In this document: piece by piece, positions 11,501 through 22,400 of the stretch
Layout: every line of letters begins with the position of its first letter
Position numbering within the stretch: the first letter of the stretch is position 1
From: Malacoraja senta
Taxonomy: Eukaryota
Assembly (NCBI GenBank): GCA_038087875.1
Contig: CM075992.1
Coordinates: 3,350,001 to 3,414,000, forward strand
Direction: 5' to 3'
Length of the DNA: 64,000 nt
Translations under genes and position numbers: made by a program
Notes under the pieces: generated by a model
What the model was told of the DNA's origin: nothing
Database searches by the model: none
What the model saw: the letters and a program-made list of their open reading frames with translations, nothing else

Positions 11501-13347
11501 CCAGGGCTCCTGTCAAACCACCAGAAATTGTTTCTTTCCATCTACCCAAAATGTTCACAGGCAAGAACCAAATTAAGTATGTAGGCAAGAACTGCAAATG
11601 CTGGTTTAAACTGAAGGTAGTCACAAAATGCTGGAGTAATTCAGCGAGACAGGCACAGATGTTTGACGAAGAGTTTGCCTAGTCTACACCAGGTTTCACT
11701 GATGCAGAGGAGGCCACATTGAGAGCACTAAATACAATGGAAGAGATTGGAGGTGCATGCAAATGGATTCTACATCAGCGAGACCAAGCGTAGACTAGGC
11801 AACAGCTTTACCAGACACTTGCGCTCTTTTATCAGATCTGGTTAATTCTAAATCAAATGGGACACATTGTTATCCGAAATTGATGACTTCAATGTTGAAA
11901 CACGGCATCACATGGGAGTGTTTCGGTTAAAAATGCTGGTGTAACTCAGCAGGTCAGGCAGCACCTTTAGAGAACATGAAGACGGGACGTTTCTGGTCGA
12001 CAACCCTCTATAAGTGCCTGTATTCTAATAAAAGGGAAGATATAAACAGACAGCTGTATGGAATGATATGGTGAAAGGAGAATGGTGTTGATAGGGAAAA
12101 ATAGATCAGCAACGATCCAATAGTAGAGCAGACTTGATGGCCGAATCCCATGTCTTATGAGAATTAAAAAACGAAAAGTTCTGGAGGAACTCAGCAAGTC
12201 AGGCAGCATCCCTGGAGAACTTGAATAAATGATGTTTTGGGTCGGGCCCTTCTGCAGACTAAGGTAGTAACAAGTGTTTAAGAAGGAACTGCAGATGCTG
12301 GAAAATCGAAGGTACACAAAAATGCTGGAGAAACTCAGCGGGTGCAGCAGCATCTATGGAGCGAAGGAAATAGGCAACGTTTCGGGCCGAAACCTCTGAA
12401 ACTCAGCTGCTGCACCCGCTGAGTTTCTCCAGCATTTTTGTGTACCTAAGGTAGTAACAAACCTGTTCATGTTAAGTCCTCAAGAACAAGGCCAGTCTAA
12501 CAATTCAGTGCTCTTGTGGGGAACACTAATTGGGGTATCAGTGTATGCAACTACCCGCAAGTTCACATTTCAGTCTCAATCATTAATATACACCACAAAT
12601 GTCAATATTCAGCCCTAAACTAATACCTGAAAAAATAAGCTGATTAATTTCACACTAGCAGAAAACTAAATGCTGCTTTCACATTGGCCAATCCTGATAA
12701 GACAGTCACCATTTTCAGAAGAGGTGTTGGCCCCTCTTTTAATTTCTAATATCCATGTTTGTTTTTGATTTTGGATCAGCCTCGTGACTTTTAAATGCAA
12801 GTGAATATTAGGGAACACTGTTAAGAGAGTGAGAACTTTCCATTTTCAAACTGACTGTTGCATCTCCCTACTACACAGGGCTGGTTGAAAGTAGTTCTTT
12901 GTCTGCATCTTGGGACAGCCTGGAGGAGAGGTGAACATTTCTACAGGAATGCAATCCAGTCTTTCTGAACAATTGAGTTAGGGCGATTTAAATTTAAAAA
13001 AAAATCACAATCCAATTTCGACCCAGAAACTCTAATTAGGAGGTGGGTGTATTTTTGAATATGAAGGGAGTGGTCTATTGGGAGTGTTTCATTATGATGC
13101 ACGTTATGATTATATTCTGTAGGTTACTTACTGTGGGACAAGGGTCAAGTTAAATCACACACACACACACAGCCTGACTTTCATCCCCCTTACGCTTTAT
13201 TTGGGAGGGGGCTTTCACGTTGCAAATGCAGCATTTAGTGTTACCAGCCCGGTCTGCCGCCGCTTCCAGTACCTTTAGCCGGTATAAGCTCCTCAGCACA
13301 TTGTTTTTCCTCCTCACAACCGGACCCTTACTCCGGCTCGGCGCCAT
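5472..13347 (-). CDS. DCAF15: DDB1- and CUL4-associated factor 15, exons 1-8 (3' exons outside the window)
   Basis: Eight GT-AG exons with consistent phases translate to recognisable DCAF15 segments ([55 protein letters not shown]). Confidence 0.96.
6477..7292 (-). CDS. DCAF15: DCAF15 exon 7 (large linker exon)
   Basis: 816-nt open exon containing [14 protein letters not shown] and [14 protein letters not shown]; cacag| ... |gtaagt. Confidence 0.9.
7531..7962 (+). mobile_element. CR1/HER1-like LINE 3' fragment
   Basis: [20 protein letters not shown]...[14 protein letters not shown] followed by a (TTTCTATG)n tail. Confidence 0.9.
8088..8385 (-). mobile_element. HE1-like tRNA-derived V-SINE
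   Basis: tRNA-like head, V-domain core (GGTTTCCTCCCACA), CR1-type tail ending in (CTAAA)n. Confidence 0.85.
8488..8658 (-). CDS. DCAF15: DCAF15 exon 6
   Basis: [53 protein letters not shown]; 171 nt. Confidence 0.96.
8776..8912 (-). CDS. DCAF15: DCAF15 exon 5
   Basis: [30 protein letters not shown]...; 137 nt; canonical splice sites. Confidence 0.94.
9855..9961 (-). CDS. DCAF15: DCAF15 exon 4
   Basis: [35 protein letters not shown]; 107 nt; canonical splice sites. Confidence 0.95.
11047..11191 (-). CDS. DCAF15: DCAF15 exon 3
   Basis: [19 protein letters not shown]...[16 protein letters not shown]; cacag| ... |gtgagt; 145 nt. Confidence 0.95.
11289..11386 (-). CDS. DCAF15: DCAF15 exon 2
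   Basis: [33 protein letters not shown]; tacag| ... |gtaagt; 98 nt. Confidence 0.93.
12274..12445. mobile_element. Penelope-derived fold-back mini-element with a 15-bp TSD
   Basis: Inverted arms of pseudo-LTR sequence; flanking direct repeat CTAAGGTAGTAACAA at 12259-12273 and 12446-12460. Confidence 0.8.
13273..13347 (-). CDS. DCAF15: DCAF15 coding exon 1
   Basis: [25 protein letters not shown]; 75 nt; donor AAG|gtactg. Confidence 0.9.
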
Positions 13348-13490
13348 TTTCTCCCTCAAACCGCCTCCTTCCGCGCAACCCAACTTGATGCGCCGGTCCC
13401 GCCCCCGGCACGCCGCTATTGGCTCCATCACGGCCCGCCCCCGCCTGCCATTGGACAGGCCGCGCGTCAATCACGGCGACAGCATGCCTT
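13340..13490 (-). promoter_or_regulatory. DCAF15 CpG-rich promoter with GC boxes, CCAAT boxes and a YY1-like site at the ATG
   Basis: CpG-dense stretch; CCCGCCCC at about 13399 and 13435; ATTGG (CCAAT on minus) at 13418 and 13450; CGCCATTTT at 13342-13350. Confidence 0.7.
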
Positions 13491-13539
13491 AACGGATTTT
13501 TGTTTTGTCCAAGGAGCCGCTGCAGCGCCCCCCTCCCCC

Positions 13540-14345
13540 GGAGGACCTGAGGATTGGAGGACCTGGAGGTGACTTGACAACTAGAGGGACTTGACAACTA
13601 GAGGGACTTGACCATCTTTGGACTTGACAACTAGAGGGACTTGACCATCTTTGGACTTGACAACTGGATGGACTGAGGTTTGGAGGGACTGGAGAACTGA
13701 GGTTTGGAGGACTGGAGAACTGCAGGAACTGAGGATTGGAGGGACTTGAGAACTAGAGGGACCTCCATGGAGGGACTGAGTCAAGTCAAGTCACATTTAT
13801 TTATATAGCACATTTAAAAAACAACTCTCGTTGGCCAAAGTGCATTACATTTGTTTTAAGAATAGTATAACAAACAAGCTACATACATATAGCCCTCGCT
13901 CAGAGGACGTCAAGAAAGGCTTGGGAGTACAGATGGGTTTTTAGTCTCGACTTAAAGGAGTCGATGGAGGGGGCAGTTCTGATGGGAAGAGGGATGCTGT
14001 TCCACAGTCTAGGAGCTGCAACCGCAAAGGCGCGGTCGCCCCTGAGCTTATGCCTAGACCGCGGGATATTCAGCAACCCCAAGTCGGCCGATCTGAGGGA
14101 CCTGGAGGTGGAGTGGTGGGTGAGCAGACTTTTAATGTAGGTGGGGGCAAGCCCATTGAGGGCTTTGTAGACATGAAGGAGGATCTTGAAATTTTACTGA
14201 GGTTTGGAGGGACTGGAGAACTGAGGACTGGATGAACTGCAGGAACTGAGCATTGGAGGACCTGAAGGGACTGAGGTTTGGAGGGACTGGAGAACTGATG
14301 ATTGGAGGACTGGATGAACTGCAGGAACTGAGGATTGGAGGGACC
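13540..14345. repeat. GGAGGGACTGGAGAACTGAGG-type minisatellite interrupted by an L2 fragment
   Basis: Degenerate tandem units on both sides of an L2 insertion. Confidence 0.7.
13781..14196 (-). mobile_element. L2-clade LINE 3' fragment
   Basis: RGDRAFAVAAPRLWNSIP...FKSRLKTHLYSQAF and a (GACTT)n tail. Confidence 0.85.
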
Positions 14346-14479
14346 TCTCTGCCAAGACTTGAGATGGGCCATTGATGACTAACAATGATCTACTCTACAT
14401 TTTCCTTGAACATAATTTCCTTTGTCCTGTTTACACACCTTACACTTCCTTATCTGTACACTGCCTTATCTATCTATGT

Positions 14480-14601
14480 TCAAGAAGGAACTGGAGATGC
14501 TGGAAAATCGAAGGTAGACAAAAATGCTGGAGAAACTCAGCGGGTGAGGCAGCATCTATGCTGCCTCACCCACTGAGTTTCTCCAGCATTTTTGTCTACC
14601 T
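14480..14601. mobile_element. Penelope-derived fold-back mini-element, 9-bp TSD TATCTATGT
   Basis: Near-perfect hairpin at about 14511-14601; TSD at 14471-14479 and 14602-14610. Confidence 0.75.
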
Positions 14602-14829
14602 TATCTATGTATGTACCTCTCACTCCCCTGACATCAGTCTTTAAGAAGGGTCTCGACATGGAACGTCACCCGTTCCTTCTCTCCAGAGATGCAGCCTGTC
14701 CATCTGAGTTACTCCAGCATTTTGTGTCTATCATCGATTTCAACCAGTATCTGCAGTTCTTTCCTACACATGGGTCAAGTCGACTTGGAGTCAAGAGTGT
14801 TTTATTGTCGTATGTCAAGTCAATTCAAG

Positions 14830-15245
14830 TCAAGAGAGTTTATTGTCATGTGTCCCAGATAGGACAATGACATTCTTGCTAGAGTATTGTAAGCATAAAT
14901 ACAGAACAGTTCAGTGTGTCTATATAGCATAGACCATATATATACACATAAATAAACAGATAAAGTGCAATAGGCTGTTATAGTTCAGAGTTTGTTTGAT
15001 GGCGAGTTTAATAGCTTGATGGCTGTGGGGAAAAAGCTATTCCTGAACCTGGATGTTGCAGATTTCAGGCTCCTGTACCTTCAACCTGATGGCAGCGGAG
15101 AGATAAGTGTGTGGCCAGGATGGTGTGGGTCCTTGATGATGTTGGCAGCCTTTTTGAGGCAGCGACTGCGATAGATCCCTTCGATGGTGGGGAGGTCAGA
15201 GCCGATGATGGACTGGGCAGAGGTCGCAACTTTCTGCATTCTTTC
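14830..15245 (-). mobile_element. Rex1/Babar-like LINE 3' fragment
   Basis: Same family as 35690-36335 (IIKDPHHPGH.L...P..RR). Confidence 0.75.
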
Positions 15246-15685
15246 TGCATTCATTCACAGATAGATCAATGAAATTCTCTGAAGTCCTATACACACAGGA
15301 CAATTTACAATGATACCAAGCCCATTAACCTACAAACCTCTTTGTTTTTGGAATGTGGGAGGAAACTTTACATGCCAGAGAACCCACAGATGGGTGTCAG
15401 GGGTTGTGGAGAGAAGGCAGGAGAATGGGGTTAGGAGGGAGAGATAGATCGGCCATGATTGAATGGTGGAGTCAATCTGATAGGCCGAATGGCCTAATTC
15501 TGCTCCTACCACTTATGACCTTATGAAAACCCAGGTGGTCACGGGGAGAACGTACAGACTCTGTACAGACAAGTACCCGTAGTCAGGATCAAACCCAAGT
15601 CTGGCGCTGTAAGGAAGCAACTCTACTGCTGCGCCACCGTGCTGTCCCTAAACAATAGACGAGACAAAAAAAGTTTTTAAAAAAT

Positions 15686-15950
15686 ACACACACACGCACA
15701 CATACATATACACACACACGCACACGCACACACACATATACACACACACACACATACGCACACACACACGCACACACACACGCACACATATACACACACA
15801 CACACACACACATATACACACGCACACATATACACACACACACATATACACACGCACACATACATATACGCACACACACACACACACATACACACATATA
15901 CACACGCACACATATACACACGCACACATATACACTCGCACACATACACA
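15686..15950. repeat. (CA/TA)n microsatellite
   Basis: Read directly from the sequence. Confidence 0.95.
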
Positions 15951-17717
15951 TAGAAAACAAACAAACAATAATGGTGCAAAAAGACAAAACCAATGCCCCG
16001 AAGGCTACATTTTTACCCAGTGAATACCTGTAACCCAGAAATAACTACCAGAAAGTGCTGTGGAAACATATTTCATGGGAGCTTCCGAAAAGATACAATC
16101 ATTAGTTCAAAAATAAAAAAAAGCAGAGCACAGTGAATACATCAATTGGAAAGGTTTGCAAAGAATTACTAGGTTAATTGAGGACTGTAAATTGTGTGTA
16201 GATGAGTGGTAGAGCACGAAGATATACAAGATAATTTGGAGAGAATAAAATGGGATTACCATAAAATTTGAGTAAATGGGTGCTTGAGGTTCAGCACACA
16301 CTTAATGGCCTCTTTCCATGCTGCATCTCTATGTTCTCTGTGTCTAATTATGTGTGGCTGTAACCCTCTTGTCACATGTGTTTTTGAATGGCATCATTAG
16401 GTATCATGGCTTGAAGCCCCAATACAAGTGATATTCAATGTATACGCAGAGTAAAACCTTGCAAAAACGACAACTGAACAAGTCCTGGGTTAAAAAAAAA
16501 ACAGAATTTATTTAGTTACAGTTACAATTTACTGATAATTCAGACAAAGATAGTTAATGCTACAAAGAATACCAAGGGCAGCAATCTAGTGCAGGAGGAC
16601 AGTGTATGAAAGCTGTCACCAGCTCCACAAGAAACAAAGAACTGCCGCGGTGGATAATTCAGCTGGGATCTATTGACCAACACAGAGCAAGGTGAGTAAT
16701 TGTTGTAAGGGATGAAGACAAGAGGGGCAATGCGGTCTGTGTTGGCCTGCTCCACATTTCTGTTGTTGGACAATACTGGCATTTTCTTGTTAAGTTCCTA
16801 CAATGGACATTTTGTTTCTCTCAGTCTGATGAAGGGTCTCCGGAGATGCTGCCTGACCCGCTGAGTTACTCCAGCTTTTTGTGTCTATCTTCGGTATGAA
16901 CCAGCAACTGCAGTTCATTCACACACATTTTGCTTTCTAATGCCTTTCCTGATGTAGGCAGCATATCAACCAAGTGAAACAAAAGAAGTTTCCATTGGTG
17001 TAACAAGTTTACCATTGGGAGAACGGCCCACGGCCCATCACAGAAATATGATGGAACAAAAAATGATACTTTACTGAGATCTTGGAACCGGCGATCAGAA
17101 GCATTGACAAATAAGTAATTCTAAGGAATCTTTTAAAAGGGGGGGGGGGGGGAGTTCAGGGTAGATAATTCTATTCCGAGACCTTGGCAACAGATGGTGG
17201 ATTGGATACATTTAGAGAAGGGAACGCGGGCAGAATAGAGGAACCTGGAAATTTCACGAGGTCTGTAGGGCCTCGAAAACTCAAGTAAAACTACAGAAAT
17301 AAAGGAAGTAATTTTAAAATTGGGGTGATTGAACTTTTTTTCGCCTTGTGAGGAATCACAGTGAGGAATGTGGAGGAGTCATTGTGGTGGGTGTTCATGT
17401 TAAAATGTATTTTGTGTGTTTTGTTGATGGTATGACTGTATGGTATGACTGTATGACAAATCAAATTCCTCATGTGTTTCTTATTTTCTTTTGGTGCTCT
17501 TGAAATTGAATTCTGTCCATGATTTGTGTATTGTGGTGTTTTTATATTTAATTTATTCCGATTATGTGTTTTGTATTTTTTTTTTTGTGATTCTATGCAT
17601 TGTAAGGTGTCCTTGGGTTTTAGAAAGGCGCCAGTAAATAAAATGATTATTATTATTATTATTATTATGTGTTGCAAACCATACTTGGCTAGTAAAGTAT
17701 GATGATGATGATTATGA

Positions 17718-18155
17718 TGGTAGACAAAAATGCTGGAGAAACTCAGCGGGTGAGGCAGCATCTATGGAGCGAAGGAAATAGGCAACGTTTCGGGTCGAGA
17801 CCCTTCTTCAGACTGATGTGAGGGTGGGGGGGGGGGCGGGAAGAAGAAAGGATGAGGCGGAGACAGTGGCCTGAGGGAGAGCTGAGAAGGGGAGGAGAAA
17901 GCAGGGACTACCTGAAATTAGAGAAGTCAATGTTCATACCGCTGGGGTGTAAACTGCCCAAGCGAAATATGAGGTGCTGCTCCTCCAATTTACGGTGGTC
18001 CTCACTCTGGCCATGGAGGAGGCCCAGGACAGAAAGGTCAGATTCGGAATGGGAGGGGGAGTTGAAGTGCTGAGCCACCGGGAGATCAGGTAGGTTAATG
18101 CGAACCGAGCGGAGGTGTTGGGCGAAGCGATCGCCAAGCCTACGCTTGGTCTCAG
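17718..18155 (-). mobile_element. Penelope-like element 3' fragment (GIY-YIG C-terminus plus pseudo-LTR)
   Basis: ETKRRLGDRFAQHLRSVR...VAQHFN...RKLEEQHLIFRLGSLHPSGMN, followed by the terminal repeat. Confidence 0.88.
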
Positions 18156-19051
18156 AGAGCCCGTGCAAGTAAATAGTATATGGGAGATTGATGAGTGGGA
18201 GATAGACACAAAAAGCTGGACTAACTCAGCGGGTCAGGCAGCATCTGTGGAGTAAAGGAATAGGTGAAGTTTTGACTCAGCGCTGGTTAGGATGTTGGCA
18301 CCAGCGGTTGGATGACCTCAAGTTTACAGGCAGTAGAATGAGGATAGGAGTGCAGGACTATGTTGGAATAGTCTGGTCTAGAGACAGCGTAAACAGTGAG
18401 GAGGGTGGAGCAAAGATGAGTTGAGGCAGGAGCACAGTGAGGAGATATTATGGACGTGAAATAGGAGATCTTAGATATAATGCAGATATTTGATCGGAAA
18501 CTGAAATCCAACTAAATTATGGCAGAGGTTGTAAATCTGAAGAAGGGTCCCAATCCAGAACGTCATCTATCCATGTTCTCCAGAGATGCTGTCCGACCTG
18601 TTGAGTTACTCCAGCCTTTTGTGTCAATCTTTGCCAGCATCTATAGTTATTTTTTATTACACTGTAAACAGTTTTGTTCAGCTTCAGATAGTTGCAGGGG
18701 TGAGGGGAGATCGGGGGTCTAGGACATGGACTGAGTTCGGCCCACCGAGTCCATGCCGACCAGCGGTCCCTGTACATTAGCACTAGTCCTACACACTAAG
18801 GACAATTTACAAATTAGCCAACAAACCTGTTCAAGAAGGAACTGCAGATGCTGGAAAATCGAAGGTAGACAAAAAGTGCTGGAGAACCCGCTGAGTTTCT
18901 CACAGGACAGGATACCAACATACCAGCAGCGTACACCAGTACCAACAGGGAATACCAAAACACCAACTCTGTGGGTGCTAAAGTCCCCCAAGGTTTCTTG
19001 CATAAGGACACCAAAGCAAAGATGGATGCATATTGCCCCAGGCACTGCCAT

Positions 19052-19413
19052 TCAGGCATTCCCACTGCAGGTGCACTTGCAGAGCTGACAGGACACAACC
19101 AGGTTGGAGAAGGCGTCCCAGACCGCTGGGTCATCGTTGCAGACGGTCCCACCGCCCCGCTCCTCCTGGGCCTGGTCTCGGTTGATGTCCCCGATGCAGG
19201 TCCAGCTGCTGCCTCCTCCGGGCCTCGTCACGCACCACTTTGAGTGGTCCACGTGAGTGGAGAAGGCAGCGCCCTTGGGTAACCGCATTCCCTCCACGTT
19301 GTACACCGCGTACTGCCCCGAGCAGTTGGAGGGGAGAGGGCGCCGACAGTTCAGCCACGACTGCACAAACAGGTCACTCTGGAAGACCCCTGCCACCCAG
19401 TCCTTGTACAGAT
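19052..19413 (-). CDS. DNASE2: DNase II last coding exon
   Basis: DLYKDWVA...LPSNCS...DHSKWCV...WTCIGDINR..Q..RGGGTVC...stop; 362 nt. Confidence 0.95.
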
Positions 19414-22400
19414 CTGAAGAACATCAGGAGTTAGAGTCAGTGAGTGATACAGTGTGGAAACAGGCCCAACTTGCCCACACCGGCCAACATGTCCCAGCTG
19501 CACTAGTCCCACCTGCCTGCGCTTGGTCCATATCCCTCCAAACCTGCCCTATCCATGTACCTGTCTAACTGTTTCTTAATTAGCTTACACGGTCCCTAGA
19601 GCCTGCTCTGCTAATCCATAACATAATGACTGAGGTGATCATTGCTCTCAGCTCCACTTTCCTGCATGACCCAACAACCCTTGATTCCCTTATTGTACAA
19701 AAAATCCATTAATCTCAGCCTTGAATATCCAAAGTATCCTTAGCATTCACGATCCCAAAGATGCGCGACCTTCTGAGAAATAAATTCCTCTTCAACTCCG
19801 TCACATCCCAAATGTGTGGGTTTGTAGGTTAATTGGTCTCTGTAAAATGTCCCTAATATGTGCAGGGAGTGGAGGAGAAAGTAAGATACTATGGAGCTGA
19901 AGGGGTGATCGATGGTCGGCATGGCCTTAGTGGGCCAAAGGGCCTCTTTCCATGCTGTTTCCATCCTAAACTAATCTGGAATGAGCAATCTTTTTTCCTG
20001 AGGTTCTTGCTCCTTGTTTCTTCATCTCCTGCCAGGAGAAATGTTCTCACAGCATCTATCTTGTCAACTCTTATCCACTTCATTAAGACACCCCCTCGTT
20101 CTCTGTACTGCTGGGAATACAAGGTCAAGCTGCTTTATTGTTCCTCATAGAAGGAAGTTGAGTTTAGTTTATTGTCACGTGTACCGAGGTACAGTGAAAT
20201 GTTTTTGTTCTGTGCTAACCAGTCAGCGGAAAGACAAAACATGATACGTGGGTGTCACAGAGGTAGAGCTACTGCCATCCAGCGCCAGAGACCCGGGTTC
20301 AATCCTGAGTGTGGGTGCTTGGCCGTACGGAGTTTGTACCTTCTCCCCGTGACCTGCAAAGGGGTTTTCTCCGGGATCTTCGGTTTCATCCCACACTCCA
20401 AAGACGTACAGGTTTGTATGTTAATTAGCTCGGTATAAATGTAAATTGTCCTTAGTGTGTGTAGGATAATGTTAATGTGCGGGGATCACTGGTCGGTGCG
20501 GACTGGGTGGGCCGAATGGCCAGCCTCCACACTGTATCTCTAAACTAAACTAAATTACAATCGTTGTGTAGGAAAGAACTGCAGATGCTGGTTTAAATCG
20601 AAGATAGACACAAAATGCTGCAGTAACTCAGCGGGACAGGCAGCATCTCTGGAGAGAAGGAATGGGTGACGTTTCTTCCGATGAAGGGTCTCGACCCAAA
20701 ACATCACCCATTCCTTCTCTCCAGAGATAGAAACATAGAAACATAGAAAATAGGTGCAGGAGTAGGCCATTCGGCCCTTCGAGCCTGCACCGCCATTCAA
20801 TATCATCCAACTCAGTATCCTGTACCTGCTTTCTCTCCATACCCCCTGATCCCTTTAGCCACAAGGGCCACATCTAACTCCCTCTTAAATATAGCCAGTG
20901 AACTGGCCTCAACTACCTTCTGTGGCAGAGAATTCCAAAGATTCACCACTCTCTGTGTGAAAAATGTTTTCCTCATCTCGGTCCTAAAAGATTTCCCCCT
21001 TATCCTTAAACTGTGACCCCCTTGTTCTGGACTTCCCCAACATCGGGAACAATCTTCCTGCATCTAGCCTGTCCAACCCCTTAAGAATTTTGTAAGTTTC
21101 TATAAGATCCCCCCTCAATCTTCTAAATTCTAGCGAGTACAAACCGAGTCTATCCAGTCTTTCTTCATATGAAAGTCCTGACATCCCAGGAATCAGTCTG
21201 GTGAACCTTCTCTGTACTCCCTCTATGGCAAGAATATCTTTCCTCAGATTAGGAGACCAAAACTGTACGCAATACTCCAGGTGTGGTCTCACCAAGACCC
21301 TGTACAACTGCAGTAGAACCTCCCTGCTCCTATACTCAAATCCTTTTGCTATGAATGCTAACATACCATTCGCCTTCTTCACTGCCTGCTGCACCTGCAT
21401 GCCTACTTTTAATGACTGGTGTACCATGACACCCAGGTCTCGTTACATCTCCCCTTTTCCTAATCGGCCACCATTCAGATAATAGTCTACTTTCCTGTTT
21501 TTGCCACCAAAGTGGATAACCTCACATTTATCCACATTATACTGCATCTGCCATGCATTTGCCCACTCACCCAGCCTATCCAAGTCACCTTGCAGCCTCC
21601 GAGCATCCTCCTCACAGCTAACACTGCCCCCCAGCTTCGTGTCATCCGCAAACTTGGAGATGTCGCATTCAATTCCCTCGTCCAAATCATTTATATATAT
21701 CGTAAATAGCTGGGGTCCCAGCACTGAGCCTTGCGGTACCCCACTAGTCACTGCCTGCCATTGTGAAAAGGACCCGTTTACTCCTACTCTTCGCTTCCTG
21801 TCTGCCAGCCAGTTCTCTATCCACATCAATACTGAACCCCCAATACCGTGTGCTACCGTGCTGCCTGTCCCGCTGAGTTACTCCAGTCTATCTTAAATTA
21901 CAATTGATCCATCCCCACAGACGAAGTGAGCCGCAAGTGGGGATTGAGAGAATACTCCACCTGCTCCAAATTTCTTGTGCTTTGCAAAGCTGGTGAATTG
22001 CTTCCCTGCTGCCGACGATAGGACCACCTTTCGGGCCCACGGAGGGGTTTTCTTGTGTTCACCGGCTGCTGCTCTCTGGAGATCCGGTAGATCCTTAGCA
22101 AAGGATGGAGGGATCGAATGGTCATACACGTGAGGGCTGTTGTATAATATCTGGGTGCCTGCAAGGGAACAATGTTTGGGGGGAATGTTAAGGAACTTGA
22201 CATCACCGGTTAGTCCTTCGATTAATTGAAAAAACGTTTTTCAGTTTGAGCGATACAGCGCGGAAACAGACCATTTAGGCGTACCGACAAGGATGCCTGC
22301 ACACTAACTCTATCCTGCACACACAAGGGACAATTTACAATTATACCAAGCCAATCAACCTGCAAACCCGTACGTCTTTGGCGTGTGGGAGGAAACCGAA

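Noticed and set aside
13150..13470. 106-aa ORF as a stand-alone gene
   Set aside because: Only 13273-13347 is DCAF15 exon 1; the rest is promoter and intron read-through.
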